Source of the DNA: Jimgerdemannia flammicorona
Taxonomy: Eukaryota
Length of the DNA stretch: 32,834 nucleotides
Reading direction: 5' to 3'
NCBI GenBank assembly: GCA_003990765.1
Contig: RBNJ01000332.1
Coordinates: forward strand, 1-32,834
Below are positions 13,260-25,494 of this stretch, piece by piece (positions within the stretch are counted from its first letter, which is position 1; the number at the start of each line of letters is the position of its first letter). The translations under genes and the position numbers were made by a program. The notes under the pieces were generated by a model. The model was not told the origin of the DNA. It ran no database searches and saw only the letters and a list, made by a program, of their open reading frames with translations.

Positions 13260-13507
13260 TTTTTTAATCTTTTTGATTTTCTGTTTTTGAGGGACTTAGA
13301 TCTCTGTGATTCTCAGTTCCTTCCCATCACCATCATTGTCGCATTTCCATCCTTGTTCAAGGAGCGTGTGCGTACATTCCATGTAATTATACCTCACACA
13401 TTTATGTCAGATCTCTTGAATATATGGATGATATTACGACTGGTTTTCCTCATAAGCCACAAGAGAATAAAGTGTGCCGTCCTCAAAGGTCGCTTCCAAG
13501 TCACAGA

Positions 13508-15166
13508 ATGCGACCGTCCCGTTTACCCATCACTTTCCGCCTTCTTGTCCGCCGCTTCTCTGCCGTCACAAGCCCGCCCCCCAGCCACTACGATGTAATT
13601 GTCATCGGGGGTGGCCACGCCGGCTCCGAAGCCTGCGCCGCCGCCGCGCGAACTGGCGCGCACACCCTTCTCGTCACCCAGAATCTGGATACCGTAGGCG
13701 AAATGTCGTGCAACCCGTCGTTTGGCGGGGTGGGGAAAGGTGTGCTCGTCAGGGAGGTGGACGCGTTGGATGGCGTGTGTGGGAAGGTATCGGGTAGGTT
13801 GGGGTAAAGGAGTACGTCATGTTGTGCGGCGAGAGGCGATTATGGCGTGAGGGCCATTTGGGACTGTTGGTCGTGTGTTCCTCACACTTTTCTTACTTTT
13901 TCTGCAAAGACCTCGCTGGTATCCAGTTTAAGGTCCTTAACCGTTCCCGCGGCCCGGCAGTCTACGTATGTATCATACAACCTAACTCTCAAACTTTCTA
14001 CCTATTCTCTGGCCACTTGCACCTCGATCTCTCACACCATTTCCATTCCACAAATAATCAGGGCCCTAGAGCCCAGATTGATCGTAAACTCTACAAGCAC
14101 CACATGCAAGAAGCTTTGCGATCGTACCCGAACCTGACGCTACGGGGGGCGAGTGTCGCCGATCTGGTGATCGCGCCTTGGGACGAGGCCGGCGTTGGGG
14201 AAGGAGGAACCATGATGAAGACGGGGACATATGGGAGAGTCAGGGGAGTGAAACTGGGTGAGTTTTAGGGAAGGACTGTTTGGAAATTGAGGGCGAGGTA
14301 TTTCGCAACCGGGGAGAACGATGAATTTGTGTCATAGATCCCATCCCCGATCTTTACCTTTCCCAATATTTGTATACTCTATTAGATTCCGGCGAGACAG
14401 TCCTCGCTCCAAACGTCGTCATCACCACCGGCACATTTTTGCAAGGCGAAATTCACATCGGTAACATTTCACCTGATTTGGGGCCAAGGCTGGAGAATTT
14501 TTTTGTTTATGCCGCATGATCAAATACAACGTGTATCCTATCTTCAGGCCAGAAATGCTATCCGGCTGGTCGTATGGGAGAGAACCCTTCCATCGGCCTC
14601 TCAAAATCGCTACAGTTGGCTGGGTTCCGGCTCGCGAGGTTGAAGACGGGTAAGAAGTGTGTGTGAGATAATTTCGAGGGTGTTGTGGGTTGGTCTCCTA
14701 CGGGGCGAGGGCAGCGCGCTGGCAGGAACACGATGAATAGTCTTACGCTCCCCTTCCGTCTTCACATCGCACATATAACGAACAGGCACGCCCGCGCGCT
14801 TAGATGGACATACAATCAACTATGAAGGACTTATACAGCAACACGGCGAGCTGCCCGCATCGCCGTTCTCGTTTTTGCATGATAGTGTGCCTTTCGAGGT
14901 ACGACTGACATGATGATGGCTTGTGTTGGTAATTTTGTGTAGAACAATTCAAATCTTTTTTCACGGACTCCGTCGCCAATTCCCAATCCAACAGTCCCAG
15001 CAGATCGTCTGCCACCAGACCCGCACGACTCCGCAGACACACCAAATCATTACGGATAATCTGCACCAGAGCATACACATCCGGGAGACGGTCAAGGGAC
15101 CGAGGTGAGAGCATGTATGATTTCGCTCATTAGTGATGGGCTGTTGTAGTCGACCATGTGCTTACG

Positions 15167-15200
<34 letters not shown>

Positions 15201-17189
15201 CTCTATTAAACTTGATATGTTATAGGTACTGTCCGTCGCTTGAGGCCAAGATCATACGGTTCAGGGAGAAGCAAGGACACGTTGTATGGCTAGAACCGGA
15301 AGGTATCTAGTAGTTATTGTTCCTGCGTTTCGAGAACAACAGGTCTGTTTATATATTTTGGCAATGGTAACCATAATGCCCTTCCTCGCCCAGGTCTTGA
15401 CAGCCATGTGATATACCCCAACGGTATCTCCAACAGCATGCCCGAGGACATCCAGATCAAGCTACTACGCTCGATACCGGGCCTGGAGAATGTGGAGATG
15501 ACACGCCCAGGTTCGTTTGTCGGATTGGTTGAATTGTGTAGAAATATATTGTTCCTCTCGCTGACCCAAACCACACATTTCCTCCCTTAAAAGCCTACGG
15601 GGTCGAATATGATTACGTCGACCCTCGCGAGCTCCGCCACACTCTCGAAACCAAACGTATCCGCGGCCTCTTTCTCGCGGGGCAGATCAACGGTACGACG
15701 GGATACGAGGAGGCAGCTGCGCAAGTACAATATGATTCCATTTCTTGTGGCCTTCCCGTCTTATCTGCCCTGGTCTCCTTCGTACCTCGATTTGATCAAT
15801 CCCGTCTGGTCTGTGTGCATCATAACCAACAGGGTATCGTTGCCGGTATCAACGCCGCCCTCTCGGCGCGCCATCTACCACCATTCATACTCGATCGCGC
15901 GGATGCTTACATCGGTGTGCTGATCGACGACCTGATCACCAAGGGCGTCGAGGAGCCGTACAGGATATTCACATCTAGGTCGGAGTACAGGTTGTTGTTG
16001 AGGGCGGATAATGCGGATGTGAGGTTGACGCGTAAGGGTAGGTACTTGTCTTGTGTGTGTGTGTGTGTGTGTGGTTGTGATATTCACATCGTTTATGGGA
16101 TGCTATCTTGGATGGCAAAATGACTTTGATTGTTGCGTTTTACGTCTGGGAATCTGAAACCATTACGTCGTATACAGGCTTCGAGGCAGGCTGTGTGAGC
16201 CCACATCGGTACCGGCATTTCCAGCAGATGGAATCACAGCTGCTCCGTGCACTGGATACGCTCGAGTCGGTGTGCATGTCCCCTGACAAATGGTCGAGAC
16301 ACGGGTTCACCATAAACGATGACGGCATCATACGGAGGTGAGCCTGCTTCTCTGGGAGCTGATTGAGAGAGTGCAGAAAACGCAGATTAAGATAGTAACG
16401 CTGATATATATGCTTCATGCATTTCGATATCGAAAAGCGGTATGGACATGCTACGGTTGCCAAACGTCAAGGTCGAGGATTTCTTAGAGGTGGCGCCAGA
16501 ACTCCGGTGCTTTGAAAAGACAGTGCAGGACCGGGTCATGATTGAAGGTCAGTGGATTTGATGAAATGGAGGTAATAGCGTTGGTTGCTTTTCTTTGATC
16601 GATCCATGACAAAGTATTTATTTGTGCGATTTCCAAATCTGGAAATAGGCCTTTACAAACCTTACCTGCTGAGACAAGAAGTCGAGGCAGAGTCACTCAG
16701 GAGGAATGAGAATATTTTGCTGAGTGATGATATCGATTACGACAGGTTGCATGTGTTGCTTGTTTTGCTTCCGTAGTTTTGTATAGATGACGTAGAATGC
16801 CATCTACGATAGTACTAACGCTACTCGGTTTTCAACGCGTACAATCAGTATCCACAACCTATCTAGTGAAGTCAGGCAGAAACTCAATTTGATTCGACCT
16901 GCCACCCTTGTATGGCCGGTTTGATTTTGACTTCGTCCTTTTTTACTATTATAATTAGATTTATCATTTGCATTTGGTTCCGTTTATTTATTGGGAGGAG
17001 GGAGAGGGAAGTTATTTTGTGATTATGTATATTGTGTCGCCGCTAACGGAATCAATGTTTTCTATTAAATTTCTCCAGGGAGCGGCTAAACGTATCGAGG
17101 GGATGACTCCTGCTGGTGTTCTCGTTTTGCTTAGATACGCGAAGCACAAGGGAGAGAAGTATGGGGACGAGGAGGGACTGTTCGTATGA
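13508..17189 (+). CDS. MTO1: Mitochondrial tRNA U34 modification enzyme MTO1 (GidA/MnmG family), ~668 aa, 16 exons: 13508-13793, 13910-13965, 14062-14257, 14386-14460, 14548-14649, 14786-14898, 14995-15104, 15226-15302, 15394-15510, 15594-15724, 15833-16037, 16178-16337, 16438-16547, 16649-16745, 16849-16909, 17079-17189
   Basis: Motifs include [78 protein letters not shown] and [22 protein letters not shown]. The N-terminus [18 protein letters not shown] is Arg-rich and presequence-like. Exons total 2007 nt. Confidence 0.96.
15169..15200 (+). repeat. Intronic poly-T tract (~32 nt)
   Basis: Read directly, in MTO1 intron 7. Confidence 0.9.
16052..16073 (+). repeat. (TG)n microsatellite
   Basis: About 11 TG units in MTO1 intron 11. 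Confidence 0.9.
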
Positions 17190-17611
17190 CGGGTTGTGAA
17201 TAAAATTCTATGATGGTTTGGGCTGGATATAAATGGGCTCTATTCTCGTGAATTACGTTTACATCAATTCCAGATATGCATCACGGGCAGAGATAAACCG
17301 ATTTTCTGACCAAATTGTCGAATATCAAAAACTTGCTATACATGTTATAAAGGGTGGAGACGTCCCTGTAGAGAGAATTGTCAATTATGTATCCTTCTTG
17401 GATCACCATCTTCAAGGGGAGTCTCATCACCCCTAAACGCACGAGATACATATTACCAAGGCGAGCAAGGTGAACGAAGTGTTTGCGAAGAGGAGAATTT
17501 TATTTTATTTTATTTACTATAAATGTCATCAAGTAACATTACGTCGGCTCATGAACATCGAGGTGGGGAAGACATGAAAAAAGGGGGTTAAATTAAAGGA
17601 AGAGAAATAAT

Positions 17612-17755
17612 TTACAAAGTTTTAATAGGTAAAGAAAGCTTGGACTCCCCCCGAACGGCTGTAGACTTTCCGGATCTTACATTGGTCCTCCTGAAACGAA
17701 AGTATAAGTAACAGATGAATTGGAATGCTCTGGAATAACGATCGATGTCGCCAGT

Positions 17756-17794
<39 letters not shown>

Positions 17795-19856
17795 CTTACG
17801 TAGCCTTTGCTGTTCCGAGAACGGGCCGCTTATCTTCCTTTGGAATGGCACGAGAGACTAGGGCACTTGATGGTGCATTAGGTGTTATCACCTTGGTTTG
17901 ATCAGAAGTGACTTTAGGGACATTCGATTTTGCTGATAAAGATCGGGAACGGGGAGGGCCATTGACGGAAACCTTTATTGGGGCACGCTTATTAGATGAC
18001 GGTTGTGTGCCATTTTCCTGGGAAGATCGGGCGGGCATGCCGCCGGAAGAATGATCCTAGTGAAATTCAAGAAAAGATAGTAAGCATTTGATATACATTT
18101 TGGTTCTTGTGAATATGTCGTAAGTCGGTGAACGTACCTGAACTAGTTCTTCGCGGAGTCCCCTTTCCTCGGCACTCTTGGATATACGCTTCTATCATGA
18201 AATAAAGAATAAAGGTTAGGAATGTTCTGTGATTGAGAACAAGTTGTTGGCAAGAGTGCTGACAGACTACACACCTCAGTTTGAACCTTCTCGAGACGGC
18301 GTTCTAATTCAAGTCGCGCCTCAGCTTCCTTTTCTGCTTTCTGCTGAAGGACTTTGACTTGGTCTTGTAGAATCTGCTTGGTCACTTCAGCCAAACGCTC
18401 GGTTTCGTCAAGCCTCTCTTCGAGCTCGGATTGAAGATCCAGAGACTGATGCTCTAGAGCGTCTTTCAGTGAGAGAATCTGTTTGATAGCGAACACGAGG
18501 ATCAGCCAATGATGTTCAGTGTGTGCGAACATCTGAACTTTGAGCAAAGGTTAAAATAAGCCAAATGTGTACCTCGGTCCGAGCCTCCTCTAATTGAGTC
18601 TCCAAGGATTTTCGCAGGCGAGATTCTTTCTGAACCTGTTCATCGAGGTTTTTGCGTTGCTCAATCTGTTTGGTTGACCATCAAAGTGGAAAAAGGCTAT
18701 CAGCAATGAAAAGCACGAAAATGATTGGGAGCTAAAAAGGATGCAGAGGGCACCTACCTCGGTCTCTGCCGTTTCTAGTTTCTTCTTGTAGAGGACAATT
18801 TCTTTCTGCATAAAATCAGCCTGTCCTTGTAGTAACCGTACCTTTCAAATGACAATAAATTTGTGCGTCAGTAGGAACGAAATTTTCGGGCGAGCTGCAA
18901 GGAGTAAACAAAGTTCCAGGAATACTCGCCTCGTCAACAACCTCTTCAAAGCGGGCTTCCATCGCCTCACGCGATTTTGTCTCTTGATTCATCCGCCACT
19001 CGAGCTGCAGCATCCGGTCATTGTTAGTTTCTGGGGCACACTCCAAAAGACGGCGCTGGGCACGCCTTCTCAGGAGACGGAAAATGATTGCTGGGACCAA
19101 GAAATTTCTTGTTTTGAAGCCACGCCTGGATAAATATGAAGAGGGTCAGCCAAATAGCAAATTTTGTTCTCAACGAGGCAACTGGCACAACAACACGTCA
19201 GGGTCAAGTAAATATATAGTCCAAACGAAGGCTAGCTTACCATGCTGCTTGGATTCTGGAAGCCGCGACATGGTGTATCCAAAAAGTGTCAACCTTCTTG
19301 CGGATGATATAACGGAGTGCACACGCCTGAACGTTTACAATGAAGACGATGGCTGGGTCTAATATGCGGGTTACATAGTTTGGAAGAAGAAGAGATACTG
19401 GTGTTTATACGAGTTTGAGGTGGGAGATATATATACAAGGAACTTACGTGTGTTGTCAAATTCGGTTGGATCAAACTCCGTGCGACCAACCAGGGCACAC
19501 TCTGCTCGGAACCGGTCGACGGTCATGTATCGAGCCGAATAGTCTATAGGTTCGGGCGATACGGGCTCCTCCTTGAGCATAAGCTCGCGTATCCAAGGGT
19601 TGGTGCGTACTAGATAACCTCTGGCTATTGCCTGGAATTTTGTCATCCTGTTGCCGACTTCATCTAGACGCCATCGAGGGAGGCCGCCTAACACGTTTGA
19701 CGGATTGTGGCGGTTCCAGAGCCTGAGGAGATCGACATGGATCTTGAATGGGAGATGGCTCTCCTCAGCGTCGTCCGTGGACGCGACTTCGGTGTCCTGG
19801 AGCGGGATTACGCGTGCTGTGGTGGGTACGTGAAGTGTGCGTGTTCGTCGGTCCAT
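17612..19856 (-). CDS. Uncharacterised IQ-motif and coiled-coil protein, ~497 aa, 9 exons: 19856-19448, 19358-19241, 19125-18930, 18841-18758, 18665-18573, 18478-18275, 18191-18138, 18056-17800, 17690-17612
   Basis: The exons join in frame (1494 nt). IQ-like motifs are FQAIARGYLVR, VQACALRYIIR and IQAAWRGFKTR, the last formed across a splice junction. These are followed by E/K/Q/L-rich heptads and a basic S/P-rich tail. The model requires one GC-AG intron. Confidence 0.78.
17757..17792 (+). repeat. (AAT)n microsatellite
   Basis: About 12 units in the last intron of the IQ gene. Confidence 0.9.
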
Positions 19857-22523
19857 AGTTCGTGGTTGTGGAATCAATCGTTGGGTACTTTGCTGAGCAA
19901 AGAAGGGAAACCGTGGATTTAATTGCCGAATCCAGATGTTTTGGCCTTCAATTCAATTTTATAATGGCATCATTCCGGCGACGATATGGCTGCATGTGGA
20001 TGATCGTCAGTCCTATGCCGAGTTCTTGTTTGTGGGTAGTAGGTAATCGCCATGTGATTCTTTACCTGGGCCCCCGATTGTATACAAACTAGATGCTTCC
20101 TAACTCCAAACAGCTACCCCACAGTTCCACGCCAAACCATAGCTAGCACAGCGATCCTTTGATGTCACTTTCTAAACTGGTTCATGTCGTACTATTGGCA
20201 GCGAATGGTCGGGCGCATCCGCCGATTGGCTGTGAGATCGCCTTCTCGACTTCAAATCGGATGCCGAGCCGAGGTCAACCTTACGGAAGGAGTGGACCCA
20301 CTTAACCCCACGCTGTTTCCCACAAGAAAAATACTATACATACTTGGGAGGAAAGGCTCGAACCCTCGCCAAGATCCGTTTGTGGAGACCTCTGGTCCAC
20401 ACCTCGCACGGTGTCGCTTACTGAGGCGAGCACATTTAATTTCATTTCCTTTCCAGGTTGTCCGGCGAAGGAAAAAAACAAAACAAAGTTTAGGGTCCCA
20501 ATTCCGAATGTTTCGGTTCCATCTTGCTGCGCCATGATCCAATGCGACCATGTGGAACCTGGGCACGAGCCACAAGGGTCCTCAACGTCATTCGCCCCAA
20601 ATTCTGGTCTTGTGACAGGACCCGCATCCGGCGTCGACGTTGTCTACCGAGATTAACCCCACTCTTGCTTGCTTGTTCATTGCTACAACTCACCAATTGG
20701 AAACTCCGCTGAGCCCGGCGAGCCGATACACCATACACATTCCACTACTGAATTCATGGAGCACACATCACGGCCTCCCTGGTCTCGTTCACTCGAACGT
20801 CCTCGCGTCACCCTCATCACAACCGTCGCATTTCTACCTGTCCGTCGAGTTCGAATCCAGTCATGTATGCGAACGCCGATGCATGTCGGGATGAGTTCCT
20901 CGCAGCATGCCGTTGACGGGCGAGATGGCGTCACGCCCGTTTCACCTGCTCGTCTCACCTACTTATCCCGCACGTTCAGTCAGCGTCGTCCTCTCGACCG
21001 CCACCGAAGACCGTACAGGAGTACGTGGAGGCTCTACTGACGGAGAGAGGGATAAAAGTAGGGATAAAAGTCAGGGTGCGTCGTTATAGGCGGTTTTAGG
21101 ATTGCTTGGCGGGCAGATGATGGCCAATTCTTTGGATTTCATGGCTCATGGATTGTTTTGCAGTCCCTGATCAAGTACCCCACACGCGATCGAGCTGGTC
21201 ATCAATATTGCTGACTGGAATGATCCACCATTGGACGTGCAGGTTTGTGTCGGTGAGATAAGCGTTCGCTGTGTTGCAATCACGTGTCTGTACAGACAAC
21301 TTTTGTGGAACGGTGATGCTTGCGAGCGCGTTCTACAAACGCGTCGACGGAAAGGAAATAAAGGAGGCGTATGATAACCTGGTCAAGCAGGCGGCGGCGA
21401 GGAATGACATTGTAAGTTGGTCGTCATAGTAGTGGGTTGTCTTGTTGGGTTATAATGTTGCGCTATTTGCATTGCTATCTCTTGGTTTATAAGCATTTGT
21501 TGCGTGTTGATCCACAAACGCGGGAGTGTAGTATCATGTATCGAGGAGACTATCGTTCGTGGAGGGTAAGCTGAATTTCCGGGCCTCGATATCTTCATTA
21601 CCGTCATCTATTTTTTGCGGCCTACCCCTCACCCACCCTACTTCACCCCACCAGGGCACCCAATACACCATCAAGACGTATCCGACCTCGGACGTGATCA
21701 AAGGCCAATACTCGCGTCATGGCCTCATTAATCAGGGCTTCTACTCGAGCCCTTCTAAATCTCCGAACCAACGAAGTCATCGATATCTGCTCGTGAGTCA
21801 TCGACGAGCCGCACATGGGCGGCTATCATATGTGTATTAGGATCAAGACACCACGTGGGAAATGGCACTTGGTCGGACAGCACAGGCCGCAAGATGCGAT
21901 GAAGATCAAACTGAGTAAGTTTATGGTAGGTGAAAATTGATTGAGAGTGGAAGTGGAAGAGAGAAGGGGGGAGGGGGGGTTGCTGGATGAACTCAGCAGT
22001 GTTATGTCTTTCTTGTTGTTTTTCTCGAGGTTATGTGTATTCTTTTCCCATTGATCATGCTTGATTTGCTTTCATCGATGCCGACAGTGCCCAGATGTGT
22101 CCGTCTGCGCCTTCGAAATCACCGTAAGTGCACACATTGTCGCATGAAAAAAAAAAAAACCCCCCCCCATGGCTGAAAGACCTCGAGGGGACTGTGGCTA
22201 AGGCACCGGCTGAGGCGGTGGTATAGTTGGAGAAGGAAAGGGAAGCGGCAAGACCTCCGCTGTCAAGCACGATGGAAAGGGCTGTCCCACAGAATATCAA
22301 CGTCCGCTACCACTCACTCGCCGGCATCCCGACGCTGTCCCCGGGAGCTTTAAATCATCGGATGGACGGAGAACAACATTGTCATGGGCGAGATTGAGTA
22401 GATGGCTGTAAAAATAGAGTGAATTTTATTATTTGAAATTTATCTGCACCTCTAGTTGGCTATTGGAGTATGTGTCTGTACATGAACTATCTATCACACC
22501 CTCATCGATGGTGTGTCAAACCC

Positions 22524-23626
22524 TTAATGATCCTTCTCACCCTTCCCCCAAGTCACCTTATTTGACTTAACGTCAAACCATTTCGTTCCCCTCATCAGTG
22601 CCACCCAAGCCATCCATGCGACGCTCACTACGAAAATTCCCTCGACAACCCTCAACACATCCCGCATTCCCCGCACATCCACCCCTGCTTTGAATAACGA
22701 TCCGCTGCCCGCGAACAGCGCCTCGATCCCGCCAATTATAATCAGCTCCCTTAGCATCTCGCGCCACGGCACGTTTACGTGCTGATCGAATAGCCACCCG
22801 AAGCACGTCAGGCTCCAGAAGATGAGTACGCACATGGAGTTAACGGCCACCGGCTCCATCAGTTTGTCCCCGAGCAGTACTATGGCCGTGGCACCGAGAA
22901 GGATGACGAAGTGAACGAACACGTACGGGTTCACCCAGCCGGGGACAATATGGTCATACTTGGCTGACGGAAGCTCCTTGGGGATCACCGGGATCTCGGA
23001 CAGCAGTCCCGTGCGAGGAGTATCATCGTGCCAACCAGGGCCGTAGAAGATTACCTTGAACTTGTTGACTAGACCGCGAGTGGACCATGCGGTACGGAGG
23101 ATATGGAGGAGGTGATGTGTTTGGATTGTAATGGGGTCGAATGTGTTGATCAGGTGGGTGAGGCCAAAGGCAACGTGCTCTTGGTCCTCGGGGTGAAGAG
23201 TATTAGGAGGAAGTTTTTCGAGGGCAAAGGTACCTAGAGGTTTATGAATGTGTGAATGTCAAATTTTGCCGGCATGGAAATGAAGCGTACAGTAAGCTTT
23301 GGGTTGAGGCTTACCGAACATAATGTCCCAGATTATAAGTGTTTCAGAGTAGTTCTTGTCAATACAATAGGGATTACGACCGTGATGGACACGATGGGCC
23401 GATGGAGTGTTGATAATGTATTCGAAGAAGCCGAGATTACTGATTACTTCAGTGTGAATCCTGCATTGAGTATCATTCGATGCTGTTAATATCCACCACG
23501 TTGTGCTACCATTATCAGTTAGAGGGAAGCACATTACCATATTGAAACAGAGTGTTGAACTGGCTATGGGCGACAAACATTGGCGGTGGTAGGACAAGGG
23601 TAAAATATCCAGGACGTATATACCTG
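22524..23626 (-). pseudogene. AGMO: Alkylglycerol monooxygenase (AGMO/TMEM195, fatty-acid hydroxylase superfamily), 5'-truncated with frameshifts; exon remnants ~23626-23538, 23460-23315, 23233-22524
   Basis: Translation gives QVYTSWIFY..LVLPPPMFVAHSQFNTLFQY(W)IHTEVISNLGFFEYIINTPSAHRVHHGRNPYCIDKNY..LIIWDIMFGTF...FGLTH.INTFDP...IFYGPGW, matching AGMO. There is a frameshift after WIFY and one base missing at the Y/W splice junction. The N-terminal His boxes are absent. Confidence 0.85.
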
Positions 23627-24796
23627 ATCTATTAGATCATTTCCAGTCCAATAACCTTTCTTAGCTTTTCCAATTTCAAGTAGACAACAAGCTTCTCTTG
23701 AAGGCTTTGGACTCTTCATATCTTTATATTGTTTTTCAGATATAGCCAGTCTTCCAATAGTATCCAGTAGAAAATCACTAACCATTATACTAGCACCTCT
23801 ACTTTTTTTTCTTAGAGGAAATTGTCCTTTTAGTCTCCATCTAAAGTTTAGATCATCATTAGTATTAAAAGTAGTCTCATCATGTGTCACTAGAATATGT
23901 TGTTGTCCAAGAGAAATATTATGTTGCAATGGTTGAAAGTCTTTATCATATTGAACCATAAATGGTTTCCAGTCAGTCATCTGCTTTAAAAATTATTCAT
24001 GAGATACTTTAACATCATCTCTTTCATGACCATCAACATAGAGTCCTTTTCTATATCTACTGTAAGTATAACCCATCTTTAGCATCCATCTTCTTGCTGT
24101 ATCTTCATGAATTTTTATAGATTCTGCTAATATTGAAAAAATCTCTTCTAAATGTTCTTTAAGAGATCTTGGAATAGTAGTAAACTTATTATTTTCTAAA
24201 TAAGTTTTAACTGCAAGTTTTATATTTTTATCTTCAAGAAGGTTTTTCTTCTTAGTATATCTTCCTTGCTGAGAAATAGGAAGAGTTCTATTGTTTATCC
24301 AATCTTATATCCATATTCTTAAAAGCTTTGCATAATATGAGCCTTTGTCAATACTTTCTGCAATTAGTTAACTAGCTTGAGAAGTACTTCTATTATTATT
24401 TCTAAATATCATATATTGTGATATATGATGATATTTTAGAATATAACTTAGAGGCAGATTCTCTAAACTTTTTAAGTAAACTTTAAGTGTAGTAATGTGA
24501 GATTTCCAACTATTATCAGCTTTTTTGTCTTTATCTTTATCTTTATATTTCTTATCATCTTCTTCTCTCTCATTATCATCATCTTCTCTCTCATTATCTT
24601 CTTCTTTATAATCTTTTTCATCTTCATCTTTGTCTTCTCTATTATCTATATATTATAATTATAATTATAATTAATATATATTATTAATATTATTAATATG
24701 TATATAATAATATTTATCTATAATATCTTCCTCAAGTTTACTTTTTTGATATCTTAGAACTTGTAAGTGCTGGTTTTGTTTAGGTAGTTTTGGCAT
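23627..24796 (-). mobile_element. Decayed DDE transposase (IS630/Tc1/mariner-like fungal type), C-terminally truncated
   Basis: Reading from the ATG at 24796 through several in-frame TAA/TGA stops gives LPISQQGR, EDTARRWMLKMGY (HTH-like), LYVDGHERDDV, LVTHDETTFNTNDD, KSRGASIMVSDFL and GYWTGNDLIDQ. The region is AT-rich and CpG-poor. Confidence 0.8.
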
Positions 24797-24849
24797 TTTG
24801 TTATAACTAAAATATAAATTTAATAATTTAGAGAGATGTAAAAGAAAGT

Positions 24850-25036
24850 CAGAATATGATAGGACATAATAGATGAAACAGGACAGAGATATGACAGAGA
24901 CAGAATAGGATAGATGAGATAGAATGGAATAAGACAGAATAGATAAGACAGGATAAGATAGATGAAATAATAGATAAGACAGAACAGAATGGACAGAATA
25001 GGATAGATGAGATAGGATAAGATAGATGAGATAGAA
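24850..25036 (+). repeat. Degenerate purine-rich pentamer array (GATAG/GACAG/AATAG)
   Basis: For example GGACAGAATAGGATAGATGAGATAGGATAAGATAGATGAGATAG, lying upstream of the transposase ATG. Confidence 0.75.
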
Positions 25037-25187
25037 TATATAAATATTTCTCTATTTATTTCTTAGAAAAAAAAAAAAATGCATATTACATACTTTGGTT
25101 CTGTAAGATATCAAGAAGTTTGTTGACAATTTTGACAGATAAATGATCTTATAGCTGAGTTAGAAATAAAATGTAGATGTCATGGAC

Positions 25188-25494
25188 CTGTACTATTTGG
25201 GCACTATTTGGAGATCATGCACCCAAATAGTATTTGGCCTTAAATCAATTACTAAATTGTTCCCCTTTATCAAATTCCCCTTCAAGCCAGCCAGTTTCAC
25301 GATTTGGCCTTAAATTGATAGAGAACTTGGTAAAGGAGAACTCGGCAATATCAGTGAAAGAGAACTCTATAAGATCAGTAAACCTTCATGAAGCTTTACC
25401 ATTTGGGTGCAACATTTGGGAATTATGCACCCAAACAGTGTCTGGCTTTAAATCGATTACCAAAATTATTCTCCTTAGCCAAATTCCCCTTCAA
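25188..25494 (+). repeat. ~205-bp repeat unit, ~1.5 tandem copies
   Basis: The block CATTTGGG..ATCATGCACCCAAATAGTATTTGGCCTTAAATC..AAATTCCCCTTCAA recurs at ~25188 and ~25393, and again at 31302-31800. Confidence 0.8.

Noticed and set aside
13508..17189. Bacterial gidA acquired horizontally or from an endosymbiont
   Set aside because: Fifteen spliceosomal introns and a mitochondrial presequence-like N-terminus indicate an ordinary nuclear MTO1.
7955..23626. Lipid or secondary-metabolite gene cluster (MFS + acyltransferase + AGMO)
   Set aside because: There is no backbone synthase, unrelated housekeeping genes are interleaved, and AGMO is broken, so co-location looks incidental.
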